Part shown: one piece after another, positions 8,998-17,036 of the stretch
How the letters are laid out: each line of letters starts with the position of its first letter
Numbering within the stretch: the first letter of the stretch is position 1
Assembly: GCA_039024555.1 (NCBI GenBank)
Contig: JBCCQQ010000085.1
Coordinates: 1 to 20,181 of the forward strand
Direction of reading: 5' to 3'
Source of the DNA: Cyanobacteria bacterium P01_D01_bin.156
GTDB taxonomy: Bacteria; Cyanobacteriota; Cyanobacteriia; Phormidesmidales; Phormidesmidaceae
Length of the DNA: 20,181 bases
Made by a program: the position numbers and the translations under genes
Notes under the pieces: generated by a model
Databases searched by the model: none
The model's input: only the letters and a program-made list of their open reading frames with translations
Told to the model about the DNA's origin: nothing

Positions 8998-9085
8998 TAG
9001 ATGCTACAGCATAGCCAATAATGTCTGGAATTATTGAATAACGTAAACAATCAATTCAGAAAAAGCCTTCTCTACCCACGAATAC

Positions 9086-9101
9086 TGTCACATTTGTAAC
9101 A
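9086..9101. promoter_or_regulatory. Imperfect palindrome TGTCACATTTGTAACA, possible CRP/NtcA-family operator
   Basis: 12 of 16 positions are self-complementary, with TGT-N10-ACA geometry. It lies just upstream of the ssaD leader but is not a canonical GTA-N8-TAC site. Confidence 0.3.
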
Positions 9102-9114
9102 TTAGAGATATCTT

Positions 9115-9274
9115 CTGGGGTTAGGTAAGGCTCTTGCACTCGTCCGTTTAGACCCTCTTTTTGGCCTTATCTGTGTACCTGGGAATAATGGCTTGAGTGA
9201 TCTGTTGCCGGTGTCTAAAGCGGTCGCTCAAATGCGTTTCGTAGTCGAGAGTTGATATCGAAACCGTACCCCAG
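9115..9274 (+). ncRNA. Candidate structured cis-regulatory leader RNA upstream of ssaD-ogdA
   Basis: Closing stem 9115-9121/9268-9274 encloses three hairpins: 9122-9132/9163-9173, 9193-9202/9222-9231 and 9236-9248/9252-9264. Loop complementarity at 9147-9153/9213-9219. Confidence 0.45.
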
Positions 9275-9324
9275 CTGCACTGTTGTTGCTCAGGCCAACT
9301 AAAAAGACCGATGGGAGGTCAGTG

Positions 9325-10704
9325 ATGGCAATTAAAAGTATTAACCCGGCCACCGGCGAGGTATATAAAACCTATGCCCCCATGACTGCGGCAGAGATAG
9401 AACAGCGATTGACCCTTGGAGAAACGCAATATCAGAACTATCGGTGGATGTCGTTTAGCGATCGCACCTATTGGCTCCAAGCAGCGGCAGACCATTTAGA
9501 AGCCCATGCTTCAGAACTAGGGCAGCTTATGACCCAGGAAATGGGTAAGCCCTTAACGGCGGCCATGGCAGAAGTAAAAAAATGTGCCTGGGTCTGTCGG
9601 CACTATGCTGAGTATGGGGCTGACTACCTGGCTGATGAACGCTCTGAAGTGGGCTATGTGCGCTATCAGCCCCTAGGAATTATTTTGGCGGTGATGCCCT
9701 GGAATTATCCCCTGTGGCAAGTGTTTCGATTGGCAGCTCCGGCCCTAATGGCGGGCAATGTTGTGGTGTTAAAACATGCTTCCAATGTGCCCCAGTGTGC
9801 TTTGGCCATAGAACAGATTTTTCACAAGGCTGGGTTCCCAGATGGAGCGTTTCAAACCCTACTGATTGGGGCTGGGCAAACGGCGGATGTGATTGCCGAT
9901 GAACGGGTGCGGGGGGTGAGCCTTACTGGCAGTGGTACCGCTGGTTCCCAGGTGGCGGCTACCGCCGGTCAGCATTTGAAAAAGGCCGTGTTGGAACTGG
10001 GGGGAAGCGATCCCTTTATTGTGTTGCCCAGTGCCGATTTAGAGCTGGCGGTGGAGACCGCTGTTACGGCGCGATTACAAAACAACGGACAGTCTTGCAT
10101 TGCGGCCAAGCGATTTATTTTAGTAGGTCCCATCGCCGATGAATTTGAAGCACGGCTGGTGGATAGATTTAACTCACTCACTATAGGCGATCCAATGCAG
10201 CTGGATACGGACATTGGTCCACTGGCCACACCCTCTATTTTGCGAGACATTCACAAGCAGGTACACGGCTGTTTAATGGCTGGGGCAAAGGCTCTGGTAG
10301 GGGGCAATATGGAAGCCTTGCGGGCAAGCTTACCCCCTACGCTTGAACTGGGAAATTTTTACCCACCTACCATTTTGAGCCATATTCCTCCTGGGACCCC
10401 TGCTGAGCACGAAGAGTTTTTTGGTCCTGTAGCCCTAATTTTTCGTGTATCTGATCTTGATGCGGCCATTGCATTGGCCAACGATACTCCGTTTGGCCTT
10501 GGCGCCAGTGGTTGGACTCAAGAGCCTGATGAACAACAGCGACTAATCAATGAGATTGAGGCTGGAGCTGTGTTTATTAACAGCATGGTGAAGTCAGATC
10601 CCCGCCTGCCCTTTGGTGGGATTAAACAGTCTGGCATGGGTCGTGAGCTAGGGAGACATGGCATTTTGGAATTTGTTAATGCCAAAACGATTTGTGTTAG
10701 CTAA
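9325..10704 (+). CDS. ssaD: NAD(P)-dependent succinate-semialdehyde dehydrogenase
   Basis: SINPATGE, VMPWNYPLWQVFR, LKHASNVP, LTGS, LELGGSDP, catalytic GQSCIAAKR, EEFFGPV and PFGGIKQSG. ATG at 9325 follows GGAGG (9314-9318). Adjacent to ogdA. Confidence 0.9.
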   Translation: MAIKSINPATGEVYKTYAPMTAAEIEQRLTLGETQYQNYRWMSFSDRTYWLQAAADHLEAHASELGQLMTQEMGKPLTAAMAEVKKCAWVCRHYAEYGADYLADERSEVGYVRYQPLGIILAVMPWNYPLWQVFRLAAPALMAGNVVVLKHASNVPQCALAIEQIFHKAGFPDGAFQTLLIGAGQTADVIADERVRGVSLTGSGTAGSQVAATAGQHLKKAVLELGGSDPFIVLPSADLELAVETAVTARLQNNGQSCIAAKRFILVGPIADEFEARLVDRFNSLTIGDPMQLDTDIGPLATPSILRDIHKQVHGCLMAGAKALVGGNMEALRASLPPTLELGNFYPPTILSHIPPGTPAEHEEFFGPVALIFRVSDLDAAIALANDTPFGLGASGWTQEPDEQQRLINEIEAGAVFINSMVKSDPRLPFGGIKQSGMGRELGRHGILEFVNAKTICVS

Positions 10705-10711
10705 AGAAAAT

Positions 10712-10750
10712 CGGCTCCATGGCTGTATCCTATCCTATGCCGGGGAGCCG
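10712..10750 (+). other. Intercistronic stem-loop between ssaD and ogdA
   Basis: CGGCTCC (10712-10718) pairs with GGAGCCG (10744-10750), with an inner TGGC/GCCG pairing. No immediate U-tail. Confidence 0.45.
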
Positions 10751-10839
10751 CAACGCTAACTCCTAATTTGGGAACTCTCCTGTTATCGTTTTCTCCCTAA
10801 GTTTCCGTTGATTTTCTTATTTCCTAGCAGGTTTCTCCT

Positions 10840-12477
10840 ATGAACACAGCCGAACTGTTGGTCCGTTGCCTCGAAAATGAAGGGGTTGAGTATATTTTTG
10901 GTGTGCCTGGGGAAGAAAATCTTCAGGTGCTTCAAGCATTAAAACACTCGTCTATTCGGTTTGTAACGACTCGCCATGAACAAGGGGCCGCCTTTATGGC
11001 CGATGTGTATGGACGGCTAACGGGAAAGGCGGGGGTGTGTCTTTCCACATTGGGGCCAGGAGCAACAAATTTAATCACGGGTGTTGCAGATGCAAACTTA
11101 GATCGGGCACCGCTGGTGGCGATTACGGGTCAGGTGGGCACTGACCGAATGCACATTGAGTCCCACCAATATTTGGATCTGGTGGCGATGTTTGCGCCAG
11201 TTACCCAGTGGAATACTCAAATTGTTCGACCCAATAACACGGCGGAAATTGTACGTAAAGCGTTTAAGCTGGCCCAAACGGGAGATCCGGGGGCCGTGCA
11301 TATTGATCTACCGGAAAACATTGCGGAGATGGAGGCGGAGGGAATTCCGCTAAGGTGCAATCGCAACGGAAAAACCTTTGCGGCTTTGGACACCATCCAA
11401 AAAGCCGCTGACGCCATTACCCAGGCTGAGCGTCCATTGATTTTGGTGGGAAATGGCGCTATCCGTGCCCAGGCCAGTGCGGCCATAATGGCCCTAGTGG
11501 AGCAATTACAAATTCCGGTGACCAACACCTTTATGGGTAAAGGTGTGATTCCCTATGAACACCCCTTATCTTTATGGACCGTGGGATTACAACAGCGAGA
11601 TTTTATCTCCTGCGCCATTGATAAAAGCGATCTGGTGATTGCAGTAGGCTACGATTTGGTGGAGTATCCTCCCAAAAAGTGGAATCCCCATGGCCAAATT
11701 CCCATTGTCCATGTAGGTAGTAGACCCGCTGAAATTGACAGCAGCTATATTCCCCTAGTGGAGGTGATTGGCGACATTTCTGATGCGCTCCACGAGATTT
11801 TGCAACGGGTGGATCGCCAGGCTCCCTCTAGCTATCCGTTCCAGACCGTACGGGATGAAATGCGGGCTGACTATGAACAATATCGAGACGATGTCGCATT
11901 TCCCATTAAGCCCCAAAAGCTACTGTACGATCTGCGTCAGGTGATGGGACCAGACGATATTGTGCTGTCGGATGTGGGGGCTCACAAAATGTGGATTGCC
12001 CGTAACTATCATTGCGAGCGGCCCAACACCTGTCTGATTTCCAATGGCTTTGCTTCCATGGGGATTGCCATACCAGGTGCGATCGCAGCAAAGCTCGTGC
12101 ATCCTGAGCGCAAAATTGTTGCCGTCACCGGTGATGGTGGCTTTATGATGAACTGCCAGGAACTAGAAACCGCTATGCGGTTAGGCACCCCCTTTGTCAC
12201 CATTATTGTGAACGATGGCGGCTATGGTCTAATCGAATGGAAACAACACAACTACTATGGTGAATCGGCGTTTATCAAGTTTAACAACCCTGATTTTGTA
12301 GCCCTAGCTAAAAGCTTTGGGCTACAGGGCTACCGCATCAATGCAACTGAGGAATTTATCCCCACCTTAAAAGCGGCATTAGAAGCGGATGTACCCGTCA
12401 TTATTGATTGCCCCATCGACTACGGTGAGAATCTGCTGTTTTCAGAAAAGGCACGGGAACTGGCCTGTGTGATTTAG
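10840..12477 (+). CDS. ogdA: ThDP-dependent 2-oxoglutarate decarboxylase (usually annotated acetolactate synthase large subunit)
   Basis: FGVPGEEN, TRHEQGAAFMAD, STLGPGATN, ESHQ, DVGAHKMW and the ThDP motif GDGGFMMN..N. The position next to an SSADH matches the established cyanobacterial OgdA/SsaD TCA bypass. No ilvN nearby. Confidence 0.85.
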   Translation: MNTAELLVRCLENEGVEYIFGVPGEENLQVLQALKHSSIRFVTTRHEQGAAFMADVYGRLTGKAGVCLSTLGPGATNLITGVADANLDRAPLVAITGQVGTDRMHIESHQYLDLVAMFAPVTQWNTQIVRPNNTAEIVRKAFKLAQTGDPGAVHIDLPENIAEMEAEGIPLRCNRNGKTFAALDTIQKAADAITQAERPLILVGNGAIRAQASAAIMALVEQLQIPVTNTFMGKGVIPYEHPLSLWTVGLQQRDFISCAIDKSDLVIAVGYDLVEYPPKKWNPHGQIPIVHVGSRPAEIDSSYIPLVEVIGDISDALHEILQRVDRQAPSSYPFQTVRDEMRADYEQYRDDVAFPIKPQKLLYDLRQVMGPDDIVLSDVGAHKMWIARNYHCERPNTCLISNGFASMGIAIPGAIAAKLVHPERKIVAVTGDGGFMMNCQELETAMRLGTPFVTIIVNDGGYGLIEWKQHNYYGESAFIKFNNPDFVALAKSFGLQGYRINATEEFIPTLKAALEADVPVIIDCPIDYGENLLFSEKARELACVI

Positions 12478-12480
12478 CCC

Positions 12481-13194
12481 CTAGAGAACGGTCCCCATCC
12501 CCAAATCCATGCCAATGGTGTAGTTGAAATTACCCTCACCTACACTGTCTCGAAGTTTAGCCAGGATCTTTTCTGGATTATCGTAGGGACCTGCAAAGTA
12601 GTAAGGCTTACCGTTTTTCCCAAATTCATGGCGGCCAAGATTATTCATCTGTGGTCCAAGATTGTCTTTTGCCCGTTCAAAGTCAGCGTGTGGATTTATT
12701 CCTAGGTGTTTAGCATAATTTACAGCACCGTAGATAACTGACTGAGCCTGTTCTAGGGAGATAGTCCGGTAGCTATCGTCCATTGTTTTAGCGTAAGCTT
12801 GCTCACGCATGAGGGGATAGTCCGTTGATTTTACCTTGCGTGGCCCCATGGCATCTTTTACTCCCAAACACCAGGCATCAATTAAAAATGTGGTAACAAA
12901 ACAGTGCTGACCATCAATACGAGTAACCATTACCTGGGATAGACCTTTGCGATCTTTTTTGAGGATTCGGCTACCAAAAAAGCGGTCAAAGCCTTGGGAG
13001 TCGATTAGGCACTCTTTAAGCTTAGGTAAGCTTTTGGGCTGGCTATATTGTTCAGGGTTGGCGCTTAACTGGGTCTGAATAATGTTGTTAACCTCAGCGG
13101 GGCGTAACCCAAGCTTACGGGCAATTTGTTTGGGGCCAACTTTGCGATCGCGAAGGGCTAAAACTTCCTGGACTTGCTCAGGGGTGGCTGCCAT
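12481..13194 (-). CDS. Hypothetical protein with an N-terminal helix-turn-helix
   Basis: PKQIARKLGLRPAEV HTH-like segment. The C-terminal domain has conserved-looking motifs (FLID.WCLGVKD, GINPHADF, FGKNGKPYYFAGPYD). Contains a HIP1 site. Confidence 0.75.
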   Translation of the reverse strand: MAATPEQVQEVLALRDRKVGPKQIARKLGLRPAEVNNIIQTQLSANPEQYSQPKSLPKLKECLIDSQGFDRFFGSRILKKDRKGLSQVMVTRIDGQHCFVTTFLIDAWCLGVKDAMGPRKVKSTDYPLMREQAYAKTMDDSYRTISLEQAQSVIYGAVNYAKHLGINPHADFERAKDNLGPQMNNLGRHEFGKNGKPYYFAGPYDNPEKILAKLRDSVGEGNFNYTIGMDLGMGTVL

Positions 13195-13405
13195 GGCTAA
13201 GGTGTCTAAACGGTTTCTGTCATTGTTGCGTAGAGCTGATAAAGACGTACAACAGGTTTGTAAGATTTTACGATGCTAGGGAAATGCACAAAAAAATATC
13301 CCAGACGAAGACGGGCAGTGGGCAATAGTGTTTGTTAAGAATGCTTTGAGGTAAGTCCTAGCGTTATACAAAATCAGCAAGACAACTATTTCAGTTTATA
13401 AAACT

Positions 13406-13448
13406 GTCTAATTCGATACGTTTTATGTTAATTTTTAAATCACATTCT
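13406..13448 (+). promoter_or_regulatory. Putative NtcA-activated promoter for nrtS
   Basis: GTC-TAATTCGA-TAC (13406-13419; one mismatch to GTA-N8-TAC), then 23 nt, then the -10-like CATTCT (13443-13448). This is near the canonical class II NtcA spacing. Confidence 0.4.
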
Positions 13449-13480
13449 TGGAATGAAAATATCTGCTGTCGTCATCTGCT

Positions 13481-13708
13481 ATGAAAGGTTACTTTTCTGC
13501 TCTTATTGATCGTGATCTGCGCCCCAGTGCAGCAAAGGTTGCATTGATTGTCGGTACACTCCTCTTTTCGATCAACCATGGGCCTGCTTTAGCTAATAGC
13601 AAAATGACCCCGGCCCGTTGGTTAGCTGGGCTGCTTACCTATGCTGTGCCCTATTCTGTCAATATCCATGGTCAGTACGCGTATCGCAAACGACGCTCCG
13701 TTTCCTAA
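13481..13708 (+). CDS. nrtS: Small nitrate/nitrite transporter NrtS family protein
   Basis: 75 aa with two hydrophobic segments. KVALIVGTLLFSINHG and LTYAVPYSVNIHGQ match my recollection of NrtS. Confidence 0.8.
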   Translation: MKGYFSALIDRDLRPSAAKVALIVGTLLFSINHGPALANSKMTPARWLAGLLTYAVPYSVNIHGQYAYRKRRSVS

Positions 13709-13765
13709 CGCTTGAAAGAGCAGGCTACTTTTCAGATAGAGCCGCTAGATACTTTAAGTAGTCGC

Positions 13766-13800
13766 TAATGAGTGTTCGATAGTTACTCATTGCTTCTGTT
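13766..13800 (+). terminator. Possible weak terminator hairpin between nrtS and the convergent LysR gene
   Basis: TAATGAGTG (13766-13774) / TACTCATTG (13784-13792), followed by CTTCTGTT. Confidence 0.3.
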
Positions 13801-13885
13801 GTAAGATTGCAATCTATGGTGACAAACGTGTCATGCGAAATTCTAACTATTAAATTTAAGGCATTGCTGATCCTTAAGGGCAAAT

Positions 13886-14803
13886 TTAAGATGCCTCAAT
13901 ACCGGGGATTTCTAGGATCGCTGTTCTAAGAGTTTCTAAGAACATTGCAAGTCTACGGGGGCGATAACGCCCTGGTAGAGACGCTACATTGATAGTGAGC
14001 TTTGGTGCTCGCCATTGGGGTAGCAGGTCTACTAGTTTCTGACGTTGCAACTCTTCTTGAATCAACCAGCGGGGCAATACGGATATTCCTACCCCCAATA
14101 GGGTCGCTTTACGAAGAACAAAAATGTTGTTGGTTGTCATGCGTGTGGTAGGACTTACCGTAATAGTCTCGCCTTGGGTATTAGTTAGTGGAATGTGTCT
14201 ACCTTCAAAGGGAGCTAGGGCAATACAGGGTAGTTTTTCTAAATCAAGAGGTGTTTTAAGTGACTTATGGGTTGCAAGGAGTTTAGGTGCACCAACAACT
14301 AGTCGTTCAACTTGCCCCAACGGTTCTACGCTCAAAGAATCATCTAACACTGGTCCAATTTTAATCCAGCAGTCGCAACCTACTTCTGCGAAGCGAATAG
14401 TCTGGTCTTCTAGCTGCCAGGAGAGTGAGATTGAGGGATGATGTTGCTGAAATTGAAGCACAGCATTTAACAGATGGAGCTGGCCTAACGCAACCGGCAC
14501 AATTATCTTCAGGTTGCCACGCAGGGTATCGTCAGAGTCTATGTGCTTTTCCTCCAATGCTTCCCACTCGTCCAATATTTGCCGAGCATCGGCTAACAGT
14601 TCGGCCCCTGCTTCTGTTAACGAAAGATTGTGAGTTGTTCGACGTATTAGCTGGGTTTGGAAGCGGGCTTCTAGCTCACTAAGCTGGCGGCTAACGGATG
14701 GTTGAGACAGGCCCATTGTTCTAGCGGCAGCACTGATGCTGCCAGCATCTGCAATTCTTACGAATGTCTGTAGTAAAGATAGACGGTCTAGGGATTTGCT
14801 CAT
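13886..14803 (-). CDS. LysR-family transcriptional regulator (CrgA-like)
   Basis: HTH GSISAAARTMGLSQPSVSRQLSELE..LIRRTTHNLSLTEAG plus a substrate-binding domain. ATG at 14803 preferred over TTG at 14809. Divergent from the SDR-VOC-AKR genes. Confidence 0.95.
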   Translation of the reverse strand: MSKSLDRLSLLQTFVRIADAGSISAAARTMGLSQPSVSRQLSELEARFQTQLIRRTTHNLSLTEAGAELLADARQILDEWEALEEKHIDSDDTLRGNLKIIVPVALGQLHLLNAVLQFQQHHPSISLSWQLEDQTIRFAEVGCDCWIKIGPVLDDSLSVEPLGQVERLVVGAPKLLATHKSLKTPLDLEKLPCIALAPFEGRHIPLTNTQGETITVSPTTRMTTNNIFVLRKATLLGVGISVLPRWLIQEELQRQKLVDLLPQWRAPKLTINVASLPGRYRPRRLAMFLETLRTAILEIPGIEAS

Positions 14804-14816
14804 ACGCAATAAGAAT
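14802..14816. promoter_or_regulatory. Putative LysR recognition box
   Basis: ATAC-GCAATAA-GAAT is an interrupted dyad containing T-N11-A. It overlaps the regulator start in the divergent promoter, the usual LTTR autoregulatory position. Confidence 0.4.
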
Positions 14817-14896
14817 AGCAGCTATTTTTATTACTCGTCTACCAAATATCCCTGAGCACTGTCATAGTTATTTCAGGCGGAACGAAAGAATTAACC

Positions 14897-15352
14897 ATGA
14901 TTACTAAAAAAGCATTAGTGGTCGGTGCCTCAGGGGGCATCGGGCAGAATTTGGTTCGGTTTTTGTCAAAACAGACTGATTGGGAAATTGTTGGTCTTTC
15001 TAGAAAAGCTCCACAGTTTGAGAGCACAGCACAATTTATCGCTGTGGATTTATTGGATCGAGATGATGTGATGGCTAAGCTCAGGGAACTGGCTGATGTT
15101 ACTCACATTTTTTATACGGCTTTTTATGGAGGGCCGACATTTTCAGGCCCGGTTGCTGAGAATGTGGCACAGAATTTAGCAATCTGGCCGCTGGGTGATT
15201 TTCTCTTTAATTGTGACTGGGATGTGTTGTTGAGCTCAACTAAAGTTCAACAGGCTGGATTTCATAGCGTCGTGGACAGTGAAGAGATGTTCAAAACGCT
15301 GTTTCAGAATTTTCGCGATCGCAAAATCATTCCCTCCGCTCAAACGGATTAG
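14897..15352 (+). pseudogene. Atypical SDR oxidoreductase (progesterone 5-beta-reductase/PRISE-like) with a large in-frame internal deletion
   Basis: The N-terminus (ALVVGASGGIG, GLSRK, VDLLD, VTHIFY) is joined directly at QNLA|IWPLGDF to the family C-terminus (W..GDF.F..DWD....TK..QAGF...VDSEEMF.......R..KIIP). It is 151 aa versus roughly 350 for the family. Confidence 0.8.
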
Positions 15353-15425
15353 TCAAGTTCTCGCTTTTATCATTGGCTCTATTTGCCGTGGTAGTCTCCT
15401 CAAACTATTCTCTCTACCCTGAAAT

Positions 15426-15977
15426 ATGTTATCTAGACTTGCAAAAAACACTCTGATCGCCGCCCTGATGGGATCTACATTTTTAGCTGTGGCAGGTTTT
15501 GAAAATCTCCTAGCTGAACCAGAGCCACTGGCTCAAATTCAAGCTGAGCACATTATGCTCGCAACGTCTGATTATCATGGCACGATCTCCTGGTACCGGG
15601 AAAATCTAGGGTTTCGTATTAAACATGAATGGACAGTACCAGAATTTCCCAATTTACAACTTGCCTATCTTGAGAAAAACGGGTTCATCATTGAAGTTGT
15701 TGCTTCACCCGATACACCACAGGTCAATGCCCCTAAAAATTTCGCAGAGCGTCTGCAGCAACCTGGCATTGGTCATTTTGCATTTCTAGTTAGTGATGTG
15801 GATGCTGTAACAGCATCCCTGGCAGTGAAAGGCATAGAAATTATTGTTCCCCCGACTAGTTTCCCTGATAGCGGTCGTCGTTTGTCGTTTGTCGAAGACA
15901 ACAACGGCTACATGATTGAGTTTCTGCAAGAGCTCCCCTTGGGAGAGCGTGTACCCTATACCGGTGAAGGAGAATAA
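15426..15977 (+). CDS. VOC (glyoxalase/bleomycin resistance) family protein with an N-terminal signal or anchor sequence
   Basis: EHIML, WYRENLGF, IIEVV, GIGHFAFLVSDVD and FVEDNNGYMIEF give an H/E/H/E metal-ligand pattern. The leader is basic then hydrophobic. Confidence 0.88.
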   Translation: MLSRLAKNTLIAALMGSTFLAVAGFENLLAEPEPLAQIQAEHIMLATSDYHGTISWYRENLGFRIKHEWTVPEFPNLQLAYLEKNGFIIEVVASPDTPQVNAPKNFAERLQQPGIGHFAFLVSDVDAVTASLAVKGIEIIVPPTSFPDSGRRLSFVEDNNGYMIEFLQELPLGERVPYTGEGE

Positions 15978-15981
15978 AATA

Positions 15982-16878
15982 ATGAGTGATTTATTACAAG
16001 AATTAACTGTATCTACAACATTTAGCTTAGGAGGAGATTTATTCGTTAATCGTCTTGGTTACGGAGCGATGCGATTGACGGGCCAACCCGGTAACTTTGG
16101 TCCCTATGCCGATTGGGAAGGTGGAAAAGCTTTACTACGCCGAGCGGTTGAACTGGGTGTTAATTTTATCGATACGGCAGAAGCCTACGGACCAGGCGAT
16201 AATGAAGCAATCATTGCCGATGCGCTCTATCCTTATCCAGACAATTTAATCATTGCAACAAAAGGAGGAATTTATAAACCGGCTCCCGACAATATTAAGG
16301 CAGACGGCAGCCCAGAAAATTTACGACGAGGCATTGAAGGCAGTTTGCAGCGACTAAAGCGTGATTACATTGACGTGTATCAACTCCATCGACCGGACCC
16401 TAAAGTTCCATTTATTGAATCGGTGCAGACCCTTGCAGAACTCCAGAACGAAGGTAAAATTCGGCATGTTGGGCTTTCTAACGTCTCCCTAGAGCAGCTA
16501 CAAGCGGCTCAGTCAATCGTTCCTGTAGCTTCGGTGCAGAATCGTTTTAGCCTCAGCGATCGCACCCATGAAAATCTTTTAGACTACTGCACTGCACAGA
16601 ATATTGCGTTTATCCCCCATGGTTCCTTAGGGGCTCATCCACTTAAACCGGGTACCCCTCTATCCAGTGCTGAAGGAATTCTGGCCGAAATTTCCCAGCG
16701 TCACCATGTAAGTCCTACTCAAATTGCCCTTGCTTGGTTGCTACATCGTGCCCCTAACATTTTGTTGATTCCAGGAACAACAACAATCAGCCATCTAGAA
16801 CAAAACATGCAGGCAAACTTGGTACAGCTATCTAAACAGGAAATGACCCAGATCGATCAAGAGTTTGTTGGTTATTAG
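15982..16878 (+). CDS. Aldo/keto reductase
   Basis: RLGYGAMRL, FIDTAEAYG (Asp/Tyr), IATKGG (Lys), YQLHRPD (His), GKIRHVGLSN, SVQN and LIPGT. ATG at 15982 follows AAGGAG. Confidence 0.95.
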   Translation: MSDLLQELTVSTTFSLGGDLFVNRLGYGAMRLTGQPGNFGPYADWEGGKALLRRAVELGVNFIDTAEAYGPGDNEAIIADALYPYPDNLIIATKGGIYKPAPDNIKADGSPENLRRGIEGSLQRLKRDYIDVYQLHRPDPKVPFIESVQTLAELQNEGKIRHVGLSNVSLEQLQAAQSIVPVASVQNRFSLSDRTHENLLDYCTAQNIAFIPHGSLGAHPLKPGTPLSSAEGILAEISQRHHVSPTQIALAWLLHRAPNILLIPGTTTISHLEQNMQANLVQLSKQEMTQIDQEFVGY

Positions 16879-17036
16879 ATATAAGCTAGGATTTAATTGT
16901 GTCTCAGCTGTGCCACCAGCGCACGTATGAAGTCTAAAAAGAGTTTAATCTTGTGTTCTCTTGAATGGGAGATACAGTTTTGCGGATAGATTAAGGTTAT
17001 GGGAACAGTATGTAGGTTTCTAGAATCCGTTATGCT

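Larger units (their letters stand above)
411..16563. repeat. HIP1 octamers (GCGATCGC), dispersed
   Basis: Copies start at 411, 1410, 4815, 5840, 6500, 6867, 9458, 12079, 13144, 15315 and 16556 (found by eye). This is far above the random expectation of under one per 20 kb and is a cyanobacterial hallmark. Confidence 0.9.

Noticed and set aside
9255..9275. Minus strand GGGGTACGGTTTCGA resembles the tmRNA 5' end
   Set aside because: No tRNA-like 3' end or tag reading frame follows, and the G-U pattern favours the plus strand.
9714..12203. Short alternative-frame and antisense ORFs within ssaD and ogdA
   Set aside because: All are fully nested in conserved enzyme genes and look like shadow ORFs.
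14124..15027. Small ORFs overlapping the LysR and SDR genes
   Set aside because: They are antisense shadows with no motifs.
15916..15981. N-terminal extension of the AKR ORF overlapping the VOC gene
   Set aside because: ATG 15982 has a clear AAGGAG RBS and avoids the overlap.
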